Positions 22,475 to 30,398 of a stretch of DNA of 64,000 nucleotides are shown piece by piece. Source of the DNA: a virus. Position numbers and translations under genes: made by a program. Under the pieces are notes generated by a model. It was not told where the DNA came from and searched no databases. It was given only the letters and a program-made list of their open reading frames with translations. The first letter of the stretch is position 1. Each line of letters opens with the position of its first letter. The DNA lies in IMG/VR virus record IMGVR_UViG_3300032267_001142, positions 1-64,000 of that record. The stretch is one strand, 5' to 3'.

Positions 22475-22528
22475 CTAGCATGTAGCGTGCCACGCAAGAA
22501 ACTTTCCGCACTTGGCATGGCGTATGCT
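22475..22528. promoter_or_regulatory. Divergent sigma54-like -24/-12 pair
   Basis: Minus 22492-22477 TGGCACG-CTAC-ATGCT. Plus 22513-22528 TGGCATG-GCGT-ATGCT. The -24 boxes are again 20 bp apart. Confidence 0.6.
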
Positions 22529-22599
22529 ACGCATCTAGCCTGAAAGATTACAGAAAATTTAGGTGACAAGCTGCGCCCATGTGTTAATCTCTTAACGCT

Positions 22600-22944
22600 A
22601 TGGGAAACAAAAAAACAATCTACGGGGGAAAGGCTGTCAGCCATTTCTCACAACTGCGCAAAGGTTCAATCTATCTCGCCAAAGGGGTGCTCGCACGCTT
22701 CACTGGCGACACGAAGAAAGTCGGACTCCTTCGTCGGGAGCGTCCGGTTTTCTCTTCGCACGGCAAACGCTACACGGCAAAGGTAACGGAAATTTCCACG
22801 GTTGACGGTGACGGCGTGCGCGCCTACCTTGGGCGTCGCGAGGACGAGCCCCTGCGCGGCACGAATGACCGCGTGCAAGCGTCCCTCTCCGCGCCCATGC
22901 TCGCCGAGTTTGAGAAAGTTACGAAAACCATCAAAGTCCGCTAA
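22600..22944 (+). CDS. Small basic protein (paralog of 21456..21698)
   Basis: SHFSQLRKGSIY...ARFTG...RPVF..HG.RY.AK...VRAYLG. Confidence 0.8.
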   Translation: MGNKKTIYGGKAVSHFSQLRKGSIYLAKGVLARFTGDTKKVGLLRRERPVFSSHGKRYTAKVTEISTVDGDGVRAYLGRREDEPLRGTNDRVQASLSAPMLAEFEKVTKTIKVR

Positions 22945-22945
22945 C

Positions 22946-23137
22946 ATGCTAGCCACATTCAACAAATCCACAATGACCGGCACAAGCTTCAACGGCGTGA
23001 CCTTCTTCGTAGACAAGACAGTCAACAGGGACGAGCCAGACAACTCACGCACCGAATACCTCGTGCATGCGAAAGGTCAACCGCCAATTCAGTGCGACAC
23101 GCTGGACGAGGCGCTTCTCAAAGCTGAGAAACTTTAG
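22946..23137 (+). CDS. Small RDEPDN-motif protein (paralog of 19547..19741)
   Basis: MLATFNKST...NRDEPDNSRTEY...DTLDEAL. Confidence 0.75.
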   Translation: MLATFNKSTMTGTSFNGVTFFVDKTVNRDEPDNSRTEYLVHAKGQPPIQCDTLDEALLKAEKL

Positions 23138-23204
23138 TTCATAGCATCTCATTCTTGCGAGTTCGACCCTCGCAGGAATGGGAGCATGACTCTCAAAAAA
23201 GAGA

Positions 23205-23384
23205 CCCACCCCTGTTTATGAAATTTATTGACATTACAGGTTCGCGAAATACCGGGTGGGTATGAATTTTATTTCCACCTACAGGAAAAAAGAGGAGTAG
23301 CTACTATCATTGGGTACGGAGGTGTGTATCTCTATACCTTATGTATTCATACTCCTATACATACCCCCACCCCTGTTTATGAAA
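23205..23384 (+). repeat. 19-bp direct repeat CCCACCCCTGTTTATGAAA (2 copies)
   Basis: Copies at 23205-23223 and 23366-23384 in the non-coding gap where early and late transcription converge. Confidence 0.8.
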
Positions 23385-23474
23385 CACTCGGGCATCGGAA
23401 GAGCTGCCAATAAGCTGTTTCCAAAAAACCTGGACGGGTTAAAAACCCCTAGGGCATTTTCATTATATATGCCG

Positions 23475-24254
23475 TTAACCAAGTCCGTTTAGTGGCGGGA
23501 CTGTGATTCTTGGGCTGAAAGTGCCTCCGCCTGCCGCGAAGCCCACGTCAGGCGTTACTCCTGAGATTGTCCACCTAGAGCCGTTCCACTGAAAAGAGGC
23601 TGTCGATGCGGGAGAATAGGTGCCACCTTTGAACCAGTTGTTTATTGATTTCGCCGTTGTCGCGTGAGCGTAAGTTATAGACATCCTATACTCACTAGCT
23701 AATGACGCGGATGATTCGTCAGCGCCAAAACCGCTGGTAGGCCCAAGCGTAATTAGGCCATTGAAAAGGCCACCGGTGATATAAAGTCCATTACCCGTGA
23801 TACCGCCATTAAAGGTTCCTCCGGTGATGTAAAGCAAGTAGACGATTAGAAAGGGCGTTCCGTTATTGATTATCGTCCTAAGAAATCTTGTGTTGATATT
23901 CCCGTTGAACGTTCCCGCTGTGATTTTTAGCGTGCCTAAGCCTGGAGAGTCGGGATAACCGTTAGTCTCCGCAAAACTGATGTTCCCGTTCCAGATTGTG
24001 TTGGTATTGAGGGAAGCTCTTTGACCAATTATTATGTTACCGCCGAAACTGCCGGAGGTTGGTCCTGTAGTGATAGACATATCATCAAGAACAACAACAG
24101 TATCCGAATCATTCGGCACCCGACCTAATGGTATTCCTGGAATTGTGCCTTTGCCAGTATAAGCCGAAGGCGTCGAATACCAGTTTGCTAAGTTATTCCA
24201 GTTTCCCGAAAGACCACCTGAAGCTGAGCCGTCGCCATAATAAACAGTAGCCAT
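23475..24254 (-). CDS. Virion fibre/decoration protein, Gly/Thr/Asn-rich beta-helix-like
   Basis: N-terminal G.W.N.ANW motif and repeated I.GG.FNG.I units; last gene of the late minus-strand block. Confidence 0.6.
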   Translation of the reverse strand: MATVYYGDGSASGGLSGNWNNLANWYSTPSAYTGKGTIPGIPLGRVPNDSDTVVVLDDMSITTGPTSGSFGGNIIIGQRASLNTNTIWNGNISFAETNGYPDSPGLGTLKITAGTFNGNINTRFLRTIINNGTPFLIVYLLYITGGTFNGGITGNGLYITGGLFNGLITLGPTSGFGADESSASLASEYRMSITYAHATTAKSINNWFKGGTYSPASTASFQWNGSRWTISGVTPDVGFAAGGGTFSPRITVPPLNGLG

Positions 24255-24814
24255 TAGCGATTAATGTAAACCTCCGGATTCACTACCGCAGCGGCAGCTT
24301 TTTCATCGAACTTGAACTCTGTGGTGTTAACCCACGAGGCGACCCGCGCTATCTCTTTAGTTGGGTCTTTAACTACGGTGTCGTAATCTAATACGAGGAA
24401 TTTAGTCGCATTGTCCGTAAGTATTTTTTGCCATCTTGGATATTGTGATTCCGCTTTGTCCCTAGCTGCGATAAGTGTTGTAACATCCGCTTGATGTTCT
24501 GCAAATCTCTCAATTACCGCGTTCCAAGAAGCTAATATCTTAGGCAAAGCCCTACCCATGAAAATGAACCTATAATCGTCAGGCACGCTATCTAGGTAAC
24601 GGATGTTCGCGAGCTTAAACGAGTTCTCAAACTTTCCGGCCACGATGTTCTGGTGGTTTTCGTGCATACCATTCGGAAGTCTCATCAAATCAAGCGTAAG
24701 TTGGGCTGCGCGAGGAGATTCATCAATAATCAAACCTCCAGCCTGAAGCACTTCCATCATCATAGATGAGCCGCTTCGCCCCTGCGTGCATAAACAAACT
24801 CTTGGTATATTCAT
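24254..24814 (-). CDS. Sulfotransferase-family protein
   Basis: 5'-PSB-like QGRSGSSMMM..L.AGG, FIFMGR, and LDYDTVVKDP..EI.RV..W typical of Sulfotransfer_3/Stf0-like P-loop proteins. Confidence 0.75.
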   Translation of the reverse strand: MNIPRVCLCTQGRSGSSMMMEVLQAGGLIIDESPRAAQLTLDLMRLPNGMHENHQNIVAGKFENSFKLANIRYLDSVPDDYRFIFMGRALPKILASWNAVIERFAEHQADVTTLIAARDKAESQYPRWQKILTDNATKFLVLDYDTVVKDPTKEIARVASWVNTTEFKFDEKAAAAVVNPEVYINR

Positions 24815-24815
24815 A

Positions 24816-25133
24816 TTAGTATCCTGGTAGAAATCCTACGACGTCCCATTTTGGACCGCTAGACCTATACATGACCTTAACGATATCAAAGCGCCCATTA
24901 GCTGTGGACAACGTTATAGAATATGGGCCAAAATTGAAAATCGCGTTCCAAGTAGCCGTTCCTGGGCTACCGCTTGAAGGTTGATAAAGACGATAGATTA
25001 TTTCTTGACCGTCGAAAGGAGAGCCGCTTGGAGAGGCTATAGTATTCGCGCCATTTGACAGGTTGACGTTTACGATTGTGCATTTCTCGAAATTACCCGT
25101 CTCTGACTTAATCTCGTTAGCTAAAATTTCCAT
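24816..25133 (-). CDS. Small tail-fibre-type domain protein
   Basis: PFDGQEIIYRL.Q...GTATWNAIFNFG...TLSTANG.FDIV...Y resembles a common phage fibre C-terminal module; GTGTAA upstream. Confidence 0.65.
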   Translation of the reverse strand: MEILANEIKSETGNFEKCTIVNVNLSNGANTIASPSGSPFDGQEIIYRLYQPSSGSPGTATWNAIFNFGPYSITLSTANGRFDIVKVMYRSSGPKWDVVGFLPGY

Positions 25134-25141
25134 GCGAGTGA

Positions 25142-25321
25142 TTATTTTACACTAACCGATACGTCATTGACTAAATCAGTGAGTATAGTTAACAGCGCTG
25201 AAGCCTTGATTGAAGCTTCGGTTAGAGACTTGGACGCTCCACATCCCTCTATTTGCCAACAGACTTCCATAGCCGCGTCTCGGGCGGCGTTAATTCTGGT
25301 TTTGATATCTGGAGCGCTCAT
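25142..25321 (-). CDS. Small hypothetical protein (59 aa)
   Basis: MSAPDIKTRINAARDAAMEVCW...VSVK* fills the gap between 25133 and 25325. Confidence 0.55.
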   Translation of the reverse strand: MSAPDIKTRINAARDAAMEVCWQIEGCGASKSLTEASIKASALLTILTDLVNDVSVSVK

Positions 25322-25324
25322 ATT

Positions 25325-25537
25325 TTATCGTGTTTGAAGATATGGGTCGGCCTCTTCAATAGGGTCACGGGCGGAGTCGTTCTCACGCGCCTCATCATGA
25401 ATGGCGCTGAATACGCCGTCTTTCTCAACTGTTTCTACCGCGTTATGAGCTAGGACTTTGTGTTGTAATCTGCGTATAGCTTTCAGTCCGGTAGGAGGGA
25501 AGGTGCCAGCGTAATGAAATTTGGTATAATCGTCCAT
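25325..25537 (-). CDS. Small hypothetical protein
   Basis: 70-aa ORF in the operon direction. Confidence 0.5.
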   Translation of the reverse strand: MDDYTKFHYAGTFPPTGLKAIRRLQHKVLAHNAVETVEKDGVFSAIHDEARENDSARDPIEEADPYLQTR

Positions 25538-25582
25538 GTGCTTTTATAGTAGCCCCGTTTGATAACGACGGCAAGTTTTAAC

Positions 25583-26038
25583 TTAGCAAACTAAGGCTTT
25601 GAAGCCCTCCTTTAGCTTCACCAACTCCGAAGACTGAGACATCATTGAATCTGGAGTCTTCAAACCGTCTATTACCGCCAGCGCTCCCAACTTGTCTCCG
25701 CAGCGTCTCATTTCTCTAACGGCTGCGAAGTCACGCCCAAAAGCGGCACGAATTGGAAGAGGTAGGGACAAGAATGACAACTGTAGCGCTGCATCAACTT
25801 TTTGGTCAACCAATTCATCTGATGGCCACTCTATCTCTTCAGTGTCCCCGAACTTTCTAAGGACTTCTCCGTTAAGCTTGAACCTCACGTAATACCCATA
25901 TAATCCAGAAGGATACCTAGCGCCGATACCTTCTAACAGCATAGCTGCGCCCAAAGTAAAATTTCGGGAGTAACCTCCGTTCTGTCGCCCCGTTGCGAGC
26001 TGCTGATTCATTAAGGATTCGATATGGGAGGTGTTCAT
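25583..26038 (-). CDS. Hypothetical protein (possible fibre assembly chaperone)
   Basis: 151 aa, coupled to the upstream fibre gene. Confidence 0.6.
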   Translation of the reverse strand: MNTSHIESLMNQQLATGRQNGGYSRNFTLGAAMLLEGIGARYPSGLYGYYVRFKLNGEVLRKFGDTEEIEWPSDELVDQKVDAALQLSFLSLPLPIRAAFGRDFAAVREMRRCGDKLGALAVIDGLKTPDSMMSQSSELVKLKEGFKALVC

Positions 26039-27732
26039 TATATCGTTATTTCATTACTATAAGCCTCTCCGGTACCAGTCGCTCCTGGTCTCTGAACCCG
26101 AACTCTGTATGCTAACATCGGGGAAAGCGTAAATAAGGTGTAGTAATTGCGATTAGAAAATTCTAATGTCATGTTTTCGTCCATCACCCACCCACCTATG
26201 CCTGCATCATATCTCTCCAAGACGGCTGATGAAGTGCTAAAACCTCCAACTGAACTATATCTCCAAGTTCCCTCTGTGCAAATTGAGATGTTTCCGTCGT
26301 AAGTCAAAACTGGCGATACTGTGCAGTAAGGAGTACCTTCAACAGGGAGGTACCCCGCACTTACTGTCTGATATCCGAAAGATGTCGTTGCGGTGATTTC
26401 GCAGTTTAGAATGTCCATTGCTTCGGTAACCATAATAAATTCGTATGGTCCAGCACTGTTGTTCCAATAGTAACTGATAGTTCCTTCTGAGCTACTAAAA
26501 ATAGCAAAAACTTGGTCCCCGACGAACGCCGCGCTGACGGGCGAGCCCAGAATAGTATAAGAGGCACCATTGACCGAGCCTCTCAATCCAGTAGTGAGTG
26601 CGCCTGTCGTGTAAGTATGTGAGCCTGATGAGTTCGTGGCCGTTACTGAGCATCTTATTAGACTATCATCATTCACCATGAACGTCGCGACCCCTCCGGA
26701 CTCTAGCCACTGACTATTCACCGAATCATAGGATTCCCATAAGTAAGTATATGTTGGCGTCGGGGTTCCTTGAGAAAGTGTAATAGTCACTCCGTGCTGG
26801 TAGCCTATAGCTCCAGGGTTAGCTAGCGTTCCAGCGCCACCTGCGCTAGGATTAGTTAGTCTTATTGATACCGAAGAAATTATCGGAGGTATACCGTCTA
26901 CGTCCCTACTGCTCGAAATGACATTAGCAGAGCCTCTTGAATTTGTAGCCGTTACCGATACCCTGACCGACTCAGAGGCAGTGACAACATAAGTAGCGGA
27001 AGTCGCTCCTGAAATGTTCACCCAAGCGCCAGTCCTAAAAGCCTGCCACTGATAAGAATACGATGGGGCTGGCCAGCCCAACCAAGTGCCGCTGCTGGAC
27101 GTCAAAGTCTGACCTACAGCGTTGGTTCCTGAAATGCTTGGCGCTACAGTATTTACAGGTGAGAAGTAAAAATCCCCAACAACTGTCCATCTGCTCGCAT
27201 CGGTTCCAGAAGAGCCAGGATAAATTAAGCTATAAAGATTGTGGTCGTCCTTCTGACCTACGAGGGCTCCTAACTCTCTCGTCGTGGATAGTGCGTACCT
27301 TTGAGCGCTATTGGTGACGACGTCCAGAGTATGAGACGATGCCATTGAGTCAGACACTCTCCATCCGATTGTCGAATTCACATAAACCGCAGTCAACTGC
27401 CCACCAGCAACGTTTGCTAAATAGTCTGCGTAGAAGCTGTTAATTTTGGAGCCGTTTCTGGATAAAGTCAGAGCGTTATCATGCCAAGACGAGGAAGGGT
27501 CATTAATAAGCACTTCATCTCCTTCGGATGGGCTCGAAGGTAGAGTTAGCGACCAAGTTCCTCCGGAAGTGTCCGCGAGGATTTTTTCACCAGAGGTAGC
27601 GTTGTAATTTGCTGTCTTTAGCGACCAAGAAGAGTTCGCTACTAAATTACTCCCGTTAATCTGGAGTTGACCACCAGACTCAGTCAGGGTAGCGGACCCC
27701 AGTTTAATTGAATTGGCGGAAAAAGATGACAT
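26038..27732 (-). CDS. Tail fibre / receptor-binding protein with Ig-like domains
   Basis: N-terminal fibre module (T.NY.A..G..ILADTSGG...LTLP.SPS.GD.V) and Ig-like repeats (PVNTVAPSISG...GQTLT...GTW.G.PAPSYSYQW). Confidence 0.75.
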   Translation of the reverse strand: MSSFSANSIKLGSATLTESGGQLQINGSNLVANSSWSLKTANYNATSGEKILADTSGGTWSLTLPSSPSEGDEVLINDPSSSWHDNALTLSRNGSKINSFYADYLANVAGGQLTAVYVNSTIGWRVSDSMASSHTLDVVTNSAQRYALSTTRELGALVGQKDDHNLYSLIYPGSSGTDASRWTVVGDFYFSPVNTVAPSISGTNAVGQTLTSSSGTWLGWPAPSYSYQWQAFRTGAWVNISGATSATYVVTASESVRVSVTATNSRGSANVISSSRDVDGIPPIISSVSIRLTNPSAGGAGTLANPGAIGYQHGVTITLSQGTPTPTYTYLWESYDSVNSQWLESGGVATFMVNDDSLIRCSVTATNSSGSHTYTTGALTTGLRGSVNGASYTILGSPVSAAFVGDQVFAIFSSSEGTISYYWNNSAGPYEFIMVTEAMDILNCEITATTSFGYQTVSAGYLPVEGTPYCTVSPVLTYDGNISICTEGTWRYSSVGGFSTSSAVLERYDAGIGGWVMDENMTLEFSNRNYYTLFTLSPMLAYRVRVQRPGATGTGEAYSNEITI

Positions 27733-28220
27733 TACGAGGTTAGCGCCGCTATTTCAGCTTCCGCTTGAGCTTTGGCTGCTCTAGCTGCCTCTAGGCGTCT
27801 TTCGTTCGGTCCTTTCGAGGCTTCGGAAAGAATCGCGACAAGACTCGATACGTTCTCTTTGAATGTTTCGTCCTGCGAGCTGACAGAAAGAGACACAAAG
27901 TATTCGATGACTGGCCGAGCGAGAGTTACGGCTGCGTCGCTGATTCTCTGATGCGCCAAGAGGAGTTCGTTGAGTCCGTCTTCTTTTGCTTGCTTTGCGG
28001 CGAGAGCGGCGTCGCTTGCAGTTTTGTCCGAAAGAATCTTTGCGTCTTTCGTGGCCATCTCTGAGGCGTGTCTGGCAACGAGGGTCGAGTGATACGCCTG
28101 AAGTGCGCGCTGCACGTCAGAGGCCCACTGAGTGTTATTTACCGCAAAATCAACAGCCGCTCCTGAAGCTGCGCCGTCTACTGTGATATCGTCTGGAGTG
28201 TTTATGATGATGGTTGGCAT
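27732..28220 (-). CDS. Coiled-coil virion-associated protein
   Basis: 162 aa, Ala-rich helical; coupled between two fibre genes. Confidence 0.65.
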   Translation of the reverse strand: MPTIIINTPDDITVDGAASGAAVDFAVNNTQWASDVQRALQAYHSTLVARHASEMATKDAKILSDKTASDAALAAKQAKEDGLNELLLAHQRISDAAVTLARPVIEYFVSLSVSSQDETFKENVSSLVAILSEASKGPNERRLEAARAAKAQAEAEIAALTS

Positions 28221-28223
28221 ATA

Positions 28224-29108
28224 TTAGAAGTTCATTACTGTAGCTCTAAAGCCAGAGCTTGCTGGGTTTTGGTCAGCTCCGCTGTAATTAGAGAACCTTA
28301 TTGTCACCGTGTCTGCGGCGGATACCCAAGCGTGATAAGAGCACGCTGCCGAAGGCATCGCCGCTGCTGGTATTCCTAGATGAACGGTGCTGGTCGTGGT
28401 AGCCCCTGTGACTGAAATGTTCAAATCTGAATAGCTTCCGGAGGTTGTGTTACCGAAGTCCAAAGTAGCGGAAGTTGAGTTTATACTTTTGATTACTGCT
28501 GCGTTAGCGAGACCGACGCACATCGACCCTGTAATGTTTACTTTGCCTGTGCCCTTTGGCACTAAGTTGATATCAATGTTAGTTGAGTTACCGGCAGCGG
28601 TAAGTTTTGGAGAACCCGTTACGCCGGAGGCCGTTATATAGTCTACGGAAGTGACGTTACACGCTACAGAAAAAGCTAAAGCGTTTCCGTCTCCGGCAGA
28701 AGCAAATCTAACAGCATTACCGGCAAGAACACCTTGACTTGTTAGGTTACCAAAAATAACCCACGCAGAGTTGCTCCCACCTACTAGACGTAGGCATGTA
28801 TCGTTACCCAAGCTAAGCGTTCCTAACACTCCCATGCCACCAGAAAGAAGAACCGACCCAGTAGTAGGTGTGGTGCTATTGGTCGTCGAAGTGAAAGCTA
28901 CTGCGCCATTCGCTGCGAGGCTCGTGAAAGCTCCGGAGCCGCGAGTGGACGCGCCGATTGAGCAGTTGTTAATCGTGCTCGCCGCAGTCGGATTAAGCGT
29001 CACCGAACCTATCGGCGAGATGGTTACGTTTCCTGAAGTCGACAGGTTAATATCGCCTGTCAATATAGAAAAGTTGCTTGATTGAATACTGTCTAAAAGA
29101 ATCTGCAT
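28224..29108 (-). CDS. Tail fibre/spike-like virion protein
   Basis: Ser/Thr/Gly-rich; STT.TTG...SGG.GV, NIDINLVPKGTGKV, and C-terminal TLDFG...V.GA...V.LG..A.VSAADTVTIR modules seen in phage fibres. Confidence 0.7.
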   Translation of the reverse strand: MQILLDSIQSSNFSILTGDINLSTSGNVTISPIGSVTLNPTAASTINNCSIGASTRGSGAFTSLAANGAVAFTSTTNSTTPTTGSVLLSGGMGVLGTLSLGNDTCLRLVGGSNSAWVIFGNLTSQGVLAGNAVRFASAGDGNALAFSVACNVTSVDYITASGVTGSPKLTAAGNSTNIDINLVPKGTGKVNITGSMCVGLANAAVIKSINSTSATLDFGNTTSGSYSDLNISVTGATTTSTVHLGIPAAAMPSAACSYHAWVSAADTVTIRFSNYSGADQNPASSGFRATVMNF

Positions 29109-29476
29109 TATTTAGCGATAGTATTGATTGCGTAGCTGCTGTTAGGAACGGCGGCAGAAAACGCCACGAGGTAACCCGAAGTACTTTTGTTGACTATCAT
29201 ATGGGCCAGAATACCAGTGTTGCCAACTATAGTAGCCGCCACTACCGGAATACTTGTGAAATTCGTAGGAAAAGAAATAAACTGACCTGTTGCACCACTT
29301 GTAAGATTCGTAACGAAAGCCTGTATTGACGAAGCTCCGCCAATGTTCAAAAGGTCTACTACGTCAAGCGGGCGATAACCTCCTCTACCTCCGTTGACGG
29401 CGGCGTCGTAGATGACCATAGCTTGACAATTCAGGTCGGTGTCGGGAAGATTTGGCCAAATGATAGAAGATGACAT
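29108..29476 (-). CDS. Small virion protein with an H-type-lectin-like beta domain (paralog of 39625..39963)
   Basis: FISFPTNFTSIPVVAATIV; aligns by eye with 39625..39963. Confidence 0.6.
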   Translation of the reverse strand: MSSSIIWPNLPDTDLNCQAMVIYDAAVNGGRGGYRPLDVVDLLNIGGASSIQAFVTNLTSGATGQFISFPTNFTSIPVVAATIVGNTGILAHMIVNKSTSGYLVAFSAAVPNSSYAINTIAK

Positions 29477-29496
29477 ATAAGGTTATTACACCGTTT

Positions 29497-30312
29497 TTAG
29501 AGTTTTGGTGCCCAGTCTTCTATTTTTGTATCGACTTGAAAGGGCTTTTCTTTTACACGGGTTTCCCTCGGCGCGGACTCTAATTTTTCGATGATGTAAT
29601 GAAGGACTCCGCTTCGCACGATGTCGGACCTATCGAATTTAACGCAATGAATTCCTTCATTCCGGCTCTGTTCATCGTTAAAGATGTCTATCATTTTCTT
29701 AAAACCAGACTGTCCGTATAAGTCTGCCTGCATTGGGTCGCCGATAACAAGCATCTTTGAATGATTGCCTATTCTCGTTAATGCCGTAGTAAGCTCCTGA
29801 AAGCTGAAGTTTTGGGCCTCTTCGAGAATGATATATTTTACGTTGAACGACGCTCCCCTTAAGTGGTTGATTGGCATGCCTTTGATGCGCTCATCCTTGA
29901 GCAACTTTTCGGACTGAGATTTACTAAGAAGCTCTTCCAATTTATCCATCAAGGGCATAAGAAACGGACCTATCTTCTCTTCTAGGGTGCCCGGAAGGAA
30001 CCCTAGTGATTTCGATGCAGACTCAACAATCGTTCTTATGAAGATTAGCTGGTCAGCGCGCTTCATATTAAGCATGCGGAGACCACAAAGCGCGGAAAGG
30101 TGAGTCTTTGCCGTTCCTGCTGGCCCCTCAAGAAAGACAATCTTAGTGTCCTTCCTTTCCACGAGTTCTATGAACGCTTTTTGCTTTTCGGTATAAGGGA
30201 ATTCCCTGATGTTCAAGTCGAAATCTATTTTCGCCCTTTGCGAAATAAATGCCTTACCGAGTTTATCTTCTGACGCGCTATCGACTATTGCCGATTTTGG
30301 TTTTTTACTCAT
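29497..30312 (-). CDS. phoH: PhoH-family ATPase
   Basis: Walker A GPAGTAKT, LGFLPGTLEEK, RGASF, ILEEAQN, LTRIG, GDPMQADL, DIVRS. Confidence 0.92.
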   Translation of the reverse strand: MSKKPKSAIVDSASEDKLGKAFISQRAKIDFDLNIREFPYTEKQKAFIELVERKDTKIVFLEGPAGTAKTHLSALCGLRMLNMKRADQLIFIRTIVESASKSLGFLPGTLEEKIGPFLMPLMDKLEELLSKSQSEKLLKDERIKGMPINHLRGASFNVKYIILEEAQNFSFQELTTALTRIGNHSKMLVIGDPMQADLYGQSGFKKMIDIFNDEQSRNEGIHCVKFDRSDIVRSGVLHYIIEKLESAPRETRVKEKPFQVDTKIEDWAPKL

Positions 30313-30398
30313 TATAGTGTATATTTACTACGAAACAGATTACACTATTTTTCTAAAATGACACGATGAATTTCCTAGGGCAGTAAATATAATCAGGT

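Larger units (their letters stand above)
3985..22590. promoter_or_regulatory. Class of about 30 sigma70-like early promoters TTG(A/C)NN-N16-TANNNT, mostly 6-9 nt before the start codon
   Basis: -35 boxes on minus: 4010, 5462, 6029, 6361, 6888, 7417, 8450, 8990, 9501, 9891, 10588, 11101, 11887, 12328, 13237, 13856, 14584, 15523, 16172, 16676, 16976, 18149, 18564, 18990, 19449, 21324, 22447. On plus: 4109, 10639, 17027, 17376, 19513, 19813, 20020, 21419, 22563. Example: TTGACT-tcgtatttggaaacgc-TAGAGT-ctgtcc-ATG. Confidence 0.85.

Noticed and set aside
29497-30312. PhoH as a novel finding
   Set aside because: PhoH is a common gene in large phages; annotated as a feature only.
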